In this document: positions 23,501-34,600 of the stretch, piece by piece
Numbering within the stretch: the first letter of the stretch is position 1
Layout: each line of letters begins with the position of its first letter
Assembly (NCBI RefSeq): GCF_016432865.1
Contig: NC_067400.1
Span: forward strand, 612,994,001 to 613,058,000
Length of the DNA stretch: 64,000 bases
Reading direction: 5' to 3'
From: Antechinus flavipes
Taxonomy: Eukaryota
Translations under genes and position numbers: made by a program
Notes under the pieces: model-generated
What the model was told of the DNA's origin: nothing
Databases searched by the model: none
What the model saw: only the letters and a program-made list of their open reading frames with translations

Positions 23501-26092
23501 CTCTCCCAGTCTGCACCCCCCTTCCCTGGGCCCCCGCCGCAGACTCTCACGCCGTCTGTCTGTCCCCGCGCAGCCTTCGCCTTCCGCCCGCGGGGCCACT
23601 TGGAGATTGGGGAGCAGCTGGACATCATCCGCCAGAAGTGAGAGCCCGGCCCGGCCGACAGCTGGCGTCCGCGGCCGCCCCGGGGGAAGGGCTCGCTCAG
23701 CTCCTCTCCTGCATGAATATTTGATCCCTGGGCTGCCTACCAGCTGCCCCTCCCCCGGTTCCCTTTGTTCCCGCCCCGGGGGCCTCTGCGGGGGTGGGGT
23801 GGGCGCCCCCCCCTCAGGCCTGGCTTTCCCGGTGCAGGCGGCTGTCCCACGTGTCCGGACAGCGATCCTATTACCTCCGCGGCCCCGGGGCCTTGCTGCA
23901 GCACGGGCTGGTCAGCTTTACCCTCGGCAAACTGGTGCAGCGGGTACGGAGACCCCGGGGGCCCTGGGCATGGGGGAGGGGAGACCCTGGGGGGCCACAC
24001 GTGGCCTTAGAGGACCCGAGGGTGGGGAAAGGTGAGGGGGCCTGGGGAGCAGGGATCCGGCTGCCGACCCCTCCTCGCGCTGAGGGTGCCGGGGGTCCGG
24101 ACTCTGCACAGCAGGCACGCCCTGCAGTGGGGCAGGCTCTGGGGGCTCCCGGGTCGCCCCTGACCGCCTCTTCTCGGTCCCCAGGGCTTCACGGCCATGA
24201 CGGTGCCGGACATGCTCCGAGGGGCGGTGTTTGTGAGTGACTGCAGCGGGCGCCCCTGACCCTGCCCTCCCGACCCCCCGGTGGCCCGCTTGGGGTGGGG
24301 AAGGGGGAGGGGGAGCCTGAAACCTTGTTGGGCCCTTCACAGAGCTCTGCAGGCTGGGTCCGGCCCCGGAGGCAGCACCCGTGGCGGGGGTGGGGGTCCT
24401 GGAGGGTCCCACGGGCCCACCCGGGGGAAGGGGCTCCCTGCCCAGGCGCCCCTCCTCTCCCCAGGAGGGCTGCGGGATGAGCCCCAATGCCAGCCCCTCT
24501 CAGATCTACAACATCGATCCTTCCCGGTTTGAGGACCTCAACCTGGCAGGGACATCGGAGGTGGGGATTGCAGGTGAGGGGTCGGGAACGGGCTGGGGGG
24601 GGGGGGGGCAGAGGCCAGGGGAGTTCCTCCTCTGAGCTGAGCCATCCGCCCCCCCACACACACAGGGTACTTCATGGATCACGCCGTCTCCTGGAAGGAC
24701 CTGCCCATCAGGTGACCCCCCCCCCCCATGCACTTCCGGCCTCCGTCCCCTCCCTAAGTCCTGGCCCCCTCCCCCGCTCCCTCCGTCCCCTCCCGGCAGG
24801 AAGCCTAACCCCCCTCCCCCGCAGGGTGGTCTGCTCCAGCACCTGCTATCGGGCAGAGACCAACACGGGAAAGGATCCCTGGGGGCTCTTCCGAGTCCAC
24901 CACTTCAGCAAGGTCAGCCTGGGGCCGGGGGGCAGTGACGCTGACCGCTGCCCTGCTCTGTCCTTCTCTGCCCGCCCCGGGGGCCCCGGTGACCCCTGCC
25001 TCTCCCGCCGGCTCGTCCCCAGGTGGAGATGTTCGGGCTGACGTGTGCAGGGACGGAGCACAGCGCGGCGCTGCTGGAGGAGTTCGTGGGCCTGCAGAAG
25101 GAGATCCTGACCGAGCTCGGCCTGCACTTCCGGTCAGCGGCCGGGCCTGCCCGGGGAGGGGGGATGTGAAGGGCCCCGGTCAGTCCCGAGGGTCAGCACA
25201 GCCAGGAGAAGCGCCCGGGACGCAGAGAGAGACCACCCGGAGCCGAAGCCCCCGTCCGCCAAGGACGCCTTCTGTGGCCCCTGGGGACGCTGGTTCACCA
25301 CCCTGTGCCTCAGTTTCCCCGTCTGTGAGAGATTGGCGCCTTTTCTTTGCTGACATTCTGAAATTCCGCGGCCGCCCACAGGGTCCTGGACATGCCCACC
25401 CAGGAGCTCGGCCGCCCCGCCTACCGCAAGTTTGACATCGAGGCCTGGATGCCGGGCCGAGGCCGCTATGGGGAGGTGAGCCCGGCTCCGGGGCTTGGGG
25501 GGCGGGGCTAAGCCCACCGGTCCTGGGCGCCTGCAGCTTTCCCACCATGCTTTTCCAGGTCACCAGCGCCTCCGACTGCACCGATTTCCAGAGCAGGCGG
25601 CTTCACATCATGTATGAGACGGCGGCCGGGGACTTGCAGCACGTGCACACGGTGAGGGGAGGGCCCCCTGCCAGGGGCTTCTCCAGGACCCTCCGGATGC
25701 CCCGCCCCCAGCCCCCCACCTCCACGGTCCTTCCCTGGCTGCCGCTTCCTCCCCCTCCCCGGGGTTTGCTGGGGTGGGCACGGGGCTAGCAAGCTGCTCC
25801 CTCCCCTAGGTCAACGGCACGGGCTGTGCGGTGCCCCGGATCCTCATCGCGCTCCTGGAGAGCAACCAGCAGAAGGTGGGCAGAGCAGAGAATGGGGTGG
25901 AGGGGGTCTGCAGGGGACAGGGGAGGGGTCTCCAGGGACCCTCATCGGGCTCCTTTGTCCCGGCAGGACGGCTCCGTGCTCGTGCCCCGAGTCCTCCAGC
26001 CCTACCTGGGCACTGACCGGATCTCCGCCCCCACACACACCCGCCTCCGATACATCGGTCCCAACCAGCCCCGGCCCTCCCGGCCCTCCTGA
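20520..26092 (+). CDS. SARS2: Mitochondrial seryl-tRNA synthetase, 16 exons, 518 aa
   Basis: Exons 20520-20804, 21423-21518, 22526-22555, 22692-22832, 22912-22966, 23574-23637, 23838-23943, 24185-24232, 24465-24573, 24666-24711, 24825-24912, 25023-25132, 25382-25475, 25559-25651, 25810-25875, 25967-26092 (1557 nt, intact). Motifs [43 protein letters not shown]. Confidence 0.97.
21125..21260 (+). mobile_element. MIR fragment in SARS2 intron 1
   Basis: GCCTCAGCTTCCTCCTCCGTAAAATGGGAAC...GTAAAATACTTAGCACAGTGTCTGGCCCACAGTAGG. Confidence 0.7.
23005..23490. repeat. 57/65-bp minisatellite (~7-8 copies) in SARS2 intron 5
   Basis: Unit CCGTCTGT(CCGTCCGT)CCGAGCTCCCCACTCTCTTCTCTCTGCGTCCTGGCCCCTCCCCTTCTGT, with an 8-nt optional block. 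Confidence 0.9.
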
Positions 26093-26290
26093 CTCCGGCC
26101 GCTGAGGGCCCCCTTCCGGGCTCTTTGGCCCTTGGCCGAGGCCCCGCCCCCGTCAGTCCCCTGGATGATGCACTGGCGCGCCCTTCCTTGCTCTGGGGGC
26201 TTCCGGAGGGGGGGGCGGCTCAGGCTCCCACTAGGGGAGGAAGACGTGGGGGCGCCCTCCTGTTCTCTCCCCTTCCTGCCCCAGGGGCAC

Positions 26291-26296
26291 AATAAA
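26291..26296 (+). terminator. SARS2 polyA signal
   Basis: AATAAA ~200 nt after the stop, followed by GT-rich TGTGTCTGTGT. Confidence 0.75.
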
Positions 26297-26497
26297 CACC
26301 CCAGTCACCCCTGTGTCTGTGTCGCAGTCTCTGAGGGAGGTGCTGGGCCCTGGGGGGGCTCCCTCCTGTGCTTTGTGTGGAGCTCCTGGAGCCCCCTGAA
26401 TAATTCAGGGCTGTGGCCGCCTTCCAGCTGCCGCCTTCCCAGCTGCTGCGGGGGCCTGCTGGGGGGTGGGGGCAGTAGGTAGACAGGCTGTCGCCCC

Positions 26498-26540
26498 CGT
26501 CACTTCCTCCGCCCTCCCCATCTGTCCGGGAGAGATATAA
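26498..26540 (+). promoter_or_regulatory. CCER2 core promoter: ETS/half-CRE composite and TATA box
   Basis: CGTCACTTCC (reverse complement GGAAGTGACG) at 26498-26507. TATAA at 26536-26540, ~95 nt upstream of the ATG. Confidence 0.6.
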
Positions 26541-26631
26541 GGGGCCCTGGGCCTCCACCTGCGCCAGCTCCCGAGCCCGGGCCCACCCTGTGAGGAGCGT
26601 GGTCGCAGGAGTCTGAGCTCTCGGCCCCACC

Positions 26632-28605
<1,974 letters not shown>

Positions 28606-28743
28606 GGAGCACCCGCCCCCCCTTGGCACACTTGGCCAAGGACTGGATCCTGCCCTCCTTGCTCACACCCAGGAGCCCTCCCCGAGGGTGGGGGAGGGGG
28701 TCACTGAGAGCACAGGCTCGAGGAAGGGCCTCTTCCCAACGTG

Positions 28744-28857
28744 AATAAAGCACAGATAAAGCACAGCCCTCCTCCCACTGGTCTGTTTCTGAATTCGGAT
28801 GGCACGGACCCCGACCCAAACCCCTGGACACTCCATCAGAAGAACCAGGGTTTTATT
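28744..28857. terminator. Convergent polyA signals of CCER2 (+, 28744-28749) and NFKBIB (-, 28852-28857)
   Basis: AATAAA on plus and TTTATT on plus (AATAAA on minus), ~100 nt apart, each downstream of its stop codon. Confidence 0.75.
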
Positions 28858-28936
28858 GAAATTAAGGCTTTTCTACATTAAAAAAGAAAGAATTTGGCTA
28901 AAAGGAAGGACCGCAGATGAGGGAGGGGCGCCCGTT

Positions 28937-31122
28937 TCAGCTTCTGCTTGCGTGGACCACGATGTCGTCATACTCATCCTAGGGGATCATGGGGACACTT
29001 CTTGATTCTCCGTCATCAGGGGCTCGATTATCCCACTCTCCCTCCCCCCAGCCGCACCCCCCAGCCTCCCCTGCAGAACCATGACTTGTCCTAGCCCCAA
29101 ATGCCCCCACAGCACTCTCTCCACCCCATCACGCAGGGGTCCCCCACGCCCCGGCCCCGGGTCACTTACCCCTTCGTCGCTGTCACTGCCCCTGGGGCTG
29201 GAGTCTTCCTCGTCTCCCGACTCAGGCTCCGGGGCCCCGTGAGCACGCAGGAGGCGGGCGAGGAGGGGGTCTGCCCGAAGCGTGGCGCTACCCAGTGGGG
29301 TCCGGCCTCCGTACATGCGGGCCTTGGGGTCTGCACCACCCACCAGGAGCAGCTCCAGGACCTCGGCTGCCTCGGCCTCCACGGCCAGGTGTAGGGGACT
29401 CCGCCCACACGTGGGCTCCTAATGGAGGAGGGGGACGAGGCGAGGAGAAGGGCGCCTCCTGCCCCTGAGCCCTTCCCCAGCTCCCAGGGCCCACGGGCCA
29501 CCCTCGGGAGGCCATCCCTCCTCCTGCCTCCCTTCCCAGCCTCCCCCCATCCCCACCGTCCAAGTCACTGCCTTGAGGTTGGGCCCGGGATCTTCACACC
29601 GGAGCCACCTTGTATTTCAAACTGTCCCTCTGCCCACCGTGGCCACTGCCTGTGTCCCAGACCCTGGGGAAGGAGAAAGGGGGAGGGTGCGGGGCGGGCG
29701 CGGGGTTCCCTCTTCTTACTGGCTTGTTGAGGTCGGCCCCCGCTTCCCGGAGCAGCTGCACCATCTCGGGGTCCTTGTGGATCACGGCCACGTGGAGGGG
29801 GGTGTGGCCTGGAGGGGGTTTTAGAGACAAACAGGGGAGGGTTTAGAAGGCAGCCAGGAAGCATTAAGGCAGAGGAGGGGAGGCTGAATCGGGGGTTCGG
29901 ACTAAACTCCAATGTGGGCCCAGACGCTTCCTGAGTGGGTGCCCCCGGGGCAGTCCCCGAACCCCCGTGGTCTCGCACGTGAAGGAGCCCCCCAACTTCC
30001 CAGGGCGCGTGTGAGGGGTCCGGCACCCAGTGGCGGTGGCATCGGCCTCGAGGGAGGGGCGCCTGGGCCCCCGGGTTGGTACCCTGGTAGTTGGCCCGCT
30101 CCAGCTGGTCCAGTCTCTCAGACTCGTCCTCTTCGTCGTCATCTTCTCCGTCGGCCGCCGGGCCCTCGGGGGGCCCCAGAAGGGCTCGGGCGCAGGCATG
30201 AGCCCCAGCCCGGCAGGCCAAGTGCAGGGGCGTGTGTCCCCCTCGCTCGGGCACGCAGAGCCCGGCCCCCGCGGCCCGCAGCTTCCGAGTGATGGCCGCC
30301 TCCCCCAGGATGGCTGCGATGTGCAGGGCTGTCTGTGGGCAGAGGGAGGCCGTCAGCCCTAGGGGTCGGGGAGCCCGGCCCCATCTCCTGCCCCAGTCTG
30401 CCAGGACCTCACCTGGCCTAGGTCGTTCTGCAGATCCAGGTATTCTGTCCCTGCTGTGAAATGAAGCAGGAAATCCAGGAAGGCCTCATGCTGGTGAATC
30501 ACTGCCAAGTGCAAGGCCCTACAGGGTCGGGGGGCAGAGGGGGGTCAGGGGTCACCTCTGAGGCCAGAGGGCCTGGGGGGAGAAAATCCTGCTCCCTAAT
30601 GTTTAGAGGAGGGAGGTCAGGGGTCAGGAGATTTGGGAAGGGACAGACTCTCAGAGCTGAAAGAGCTAATCCAACCTTAACAAGGCAGGTTTCCCTCAGT
30701 GACCCTGCCTGAAGACCCCCCAGGAGAGGGGGAGCCCACATGGGGCAGCCTCCTTCCCCGCCTCTCCTCCCTTCCTCTCCTATGAGAGGCGGGGATTCCC
30801 CCCCACCCCCCCACCAGGGGGCTAGGGTCAGGCAGAGGTCAGGGGTCAGACCAGGGTGTGGGGGGGGGAGAAGCAGTGGCGCCCAGGTCATGGGCAGGGG
30901 GCTGCGGACGGCCCCTTACGTGTCCCCGTCCTCCGTCACGTAACCGAACACTTCGGGTGCCCAGCTCGCCGGCCCCTCCTCCTCGTCCTCGTCCGCCTTG
31001 TCCCTGGCCCCATCCGCCGGCGGCCCGATGGCATCGGGCCCCAGAGACCCCAGCCCGCTGTCGCACCACTCATCCGCGAGCCCGCCGTCCCCGGACTTCA
31101 TGGGCCCCGCCGGGGCCGCCAT
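28937..31122 (-). CDS. NFKBIB: NF-kappa-B inhibitor beta (IkB-beta), 6 exons, 312 aa
   Basis: Exons 31122-30920, 30518-30413, 30332-30083, 29808-29720, 29418-29170, 28978-28937 (939 nt). Degron DEWCDSGLGSL, ankyrin repeats (TALHLAVIH, GHTPLHLAC, GHTPLHVAV, CGRSPLHLAV, GGRTPLGSA), acidic PEST region, ends DEYDDIVVHASRS*. Confidence 0.95.
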
Positions 31123-31679
31123 GGCCTACGCAGAGCCCTCCTCTCCCGGGCCCCAGCGGCCCATCCAGGGTCGTCACTGCCGCAGTCACCGGCCCGGGGA
31201 TTCCGAGGACCCGGGGAATTCCCCCTGCACCCCAACTCGCTCAGCTCACCGACCAATCGGGGAGGGCCGCACCGCCCCTTCCCGAGACGGCTGCCAATAA
31301 AATCGCGCAAGATTCCCGGCGGGGCTCCGCCCCTCGCACCAAGTTGTCCAATCGAAAAGATACGTTCTGTCTGCTCGGCCCGCGTCTCCGCCTCCAGTGT
31401 CACTTTTACCAAGATGGCTTCCGGCGCCAGGCACGCCGGGAATCGTGGTTTCTCAGTCCATCTAGGGCCATGCTCGCCTTCGACTCGGCGGAATGAAGGC
31501 GCGGGGCATTGTGGGATTCCCGCGATGGCCGCATGCCCTTCTGGGAATTATAGTCCGTAGACCGCCCGCCCCCGCCCCCGCCCGTGTCCAGCGCCGTCAC
31601 GGGACGGAGCAGTCCGTGACAGCTCCGAGGGCCCCTGCCCTCCCCCCACACTGCTGAACCCTTCCCTGGGCCCGGGCCC
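31123..31679. promoter_or_regulatory. NFKBIB/SIRT2 bidirectional CpG-island promoter (kappaB, CCAAT x3, YY1/ETS, ZNF143 x2)
   Basis: GGGGAATTCCCC at 31213-31224. CCAAT at 31253, 31294, 31348. CAAGATGGC at 31410, CTTCCGG at 31418. ZNF143-type motifs on the minus strand at 31504-31520 (TCCCACAATGC) and 31535-31555 (ACTATAATTCCCAGAAGGGC). Confidence 0.75.
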
Positions 31680-34600
31680 ATGGCCGAGGCGGACCGTGAG
31701 TCGGGGTCGGTGGACTGGTGGGCCGGGCATGCGACAAGGCCCGCGGGGCGAACTGCTCTGGAGACTGGCCGCCGGGAAGCCACCGCGTGGGGACCAGATA
31801 GAGGGCGAGGGGGAGGGGAGAGTGGGGGAGGGGGTGGGGGCCGGGTCTCCGCAGCGCCGGCTAAGGCTGGAGGGGAGCTAAGTTGGGGGGTCTTGAGAAG
31901 ATCTTAACTCCTGGGGCGTCCAGGACAAAGAGCCTAGATTCGGGGGGTGGGGGGTGGGGAAGCAGGTTGTTAAGCGGCGGATGGTGGAGTGACTCTGGTT
32001 GCTAAGGCCCAGGATCTCTGGGTGGCCTGGTACCCGGTTGCTAAGGGCCCTCTGGTTACTAAAGCCCTTCTGCACCCCTTCTTGTAACCAGTTGGGGTCT
32101 GCCCTGCTTTTAGCACCCGCCACCGCCCCCATGCTAACAGCCTCCCACCCCCCTCCAATGTAACCCTGTCTCCCCACCCCGTTCGCTAGCCCCCGGTCCC
32201 CCCCTGGACGAGGCAGGGAAGGCGCCAGACGCTCAGGTGAGAAAGGGGTGCCCTTGGAGGTCCGTGATTGGCTCGCCGGGGAGGGGGTGAGGCCTGTGAT
32301 TGGCTGGCAGGGGAGGGAGAGGAAGTCTGTGATTGGCCCTTAGAGGATCCGCGCCTCCCCCGCCTGCTCCCATCCCTCCTGATCCTCCCCTGTTCTCCCC
32401 ACACGGGAGTGGGTCGCCCAGTGTCCCAGACCCACGAGGATCGTTCACCCCACACTCTCTGCCCCCACTCCGAGGCCCCTCCCCGCTTTGACCTTCCCCC
32501 AAACTGACCCTTCCACTCTTGGCTCCTATGGCTCGCCTTGCCTCTGACCCCCTACCCTTTGACCCTCCTTTCCTAGCCCTTCTGCAGTGACCTAGCCCTC
32601 CCACTGACCCTCCCCACTCGCATCATTTTCTCCCACCCAGGACTCAGATTCTGAAACTGAGAGCGGAGCTTCCTCTGGAGAGATAGAGAGTAAGTTGGGG
32701 GAGGGGGCGGGGAGAAACGGAGTGGGGGGAGGGGAGACATTGGCTGCCCCTGCCCCGAGTGAACCAGTGGGCTCTGCTCCTCAGTGGACTTCCTTCGCAA
32801 TCTCTTCTCGCGGACCCTGGGCCTGGGCGGCGGCAAGCGGGAGAAGGTGTTGGAGGAACTTTCCTTGGAAGGGGTGACCAAGTTCATCCAGAGTGACCGC
32901 TGTGAGTCCCGCTTCTCTCCCTGCTTGGGCTGGTCCTGCTGGAGGGCCCATGCCCCTCCCCCACTCCCCTTGACACCCAAGACCCCAGAGCCCCCTCCCA
33001 GGGCCTTCAGGGGTGAGCCCCATGCCCTGCTCTGCCCACCTCGTTTCTCTTCCAGGTCAGAACATCATCTGCATGGTAGGGGCCGGGATCTCTACATGTG
33101 AGTGGCCGCTTCCCTCAGGCTTCAGACCTCACCCTGGGGGGGGGGGGGGGCGGGGGATGAGGGCCAGAGGGGCTGCCAGCAGGGGGGCCCTCCCCAGTGA
33201 CGCCTCTGCCCTCTCGTCCCCAGCGGCCGGCATCCCTGACTTCCGCTCCCCGTCCACCGGCCTTTACGCCAACTTGGAGAAGTACAACCTTCCATACCCC
33301 GAAGCCATCTTTGAGATCAGCTACTTTAAGGTGCCGTCCCCACCTTGGGGTCTTCCCCAGTTGCTGGGTGGGAGACCCCTCCCCGCCCTCCTAGCAGGGC
33401 GGCCCTGCAGCTCCTCCATCGGTGGGACCCCTAAATCTGACCGCTTCCTGGGCAGGATGAGCTGCCCCCCTCACTTCATTCCCCTCAGGAGGGAAGGTTC
33501 ACTGAGGTTTTTGTCTATTCTCGCAGAAACACCCTGAGCCTTTCTTTGCTCTGGCCCGGGAGCTGTACCCAGGGCAATTCAAGGTGAGCTTAATCAGGGG
33601 ACAGGGAATGGGTGGGTCCCCCGGGGGATCCCCCCCAGCTCCTGAAAAGGAACAGGCTGGCGAGAGTAGGATGGAGTCAGAGCCCCCCAGTGGGGAGGGG
33701 GAGGAACCGGGCCCGTGGAGGCTGCACTAATCCCATCAATGACCAGCCTGTGTGTCCCTTGCACTTCCCCACCCCCACCCTCCACAGCCCACCGTCTGCC
33801 ATTACTTCATCCGCATGCTCAAGGAGAAGGGGCTGCTGCTTCGCTGCTACACCCAGGTGAGGGCGGCCAGGGCGGGGCGGGGGGCTGCCCTGCCAGGCAG
33901 TGCTCGTGCGCTCGGGCACCTGTCGCCCCGCGGGCGGCCAGAGCCGTCAAGAGCCAAGGCTCCCAGCGGGCACCGGAGCGCGTACCCACAGTCCCCGCGG
34001 GCGTCGCCTGACTTGGTCTTTTTCTCCATACTTGGGAGTTTTGTTTTTGAAAAGAGCAAACACGATAAACTGATCCTTCCTTATACCCGTCAGATTCCCC
34101 TTCTGTCCCTTCTGTCCCTTCTTTTGATTTAATGACATGCTGGGAGATGACTTCCCGACGTTGCCTCTGGGTGGCTGGGTCACGTGCTGGGGCAAGTGCA
34201 CAGAGGTTCTGACCCCTGGGAGGTCTGGGGGGGGGGCAGGTGCCCTGACGGTCCGCTTCCTCCCCGCCCCCCCAGAACATCGACACGCTGGAGCGCGTGG
34301 CCGGGCTGGAGCCGGAGGATCTGGTCGAGGCCCACGGGACTTTCTATACCTCTCACTGCATCAGCTCCCACTGCCAGAAGGAGTATGACCTGGGCTGGAT
34401 GAAAGGTGAGCCCCGGGGAGGGGGCTGGGCCTGGGGAGGGGAGGGAGCGAGCTCCGGGGGCCTCCGCCGGCCCCGCCGCCCCTTACCTCATGTTCTCCCC
34501 CCAGAGAAGATCTTCTCAGAGACCACTCCCAAGTGTGACAAATGCCAGAGTCTGGTGAAACCAGGTAAGCCCTGGGAGGGGGAGGGGGGCCCAGAAGGCT

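Noticed and set aside
22288-23724. 478-aa plus-strand ORF and overlapping 200-250-aa minus-strand ORFs
   Set aside because: Produced by stop-poor GC-rich sequence and the intron-5 minisatellite. Only the short SARS2 exon segment is real coding sequence.
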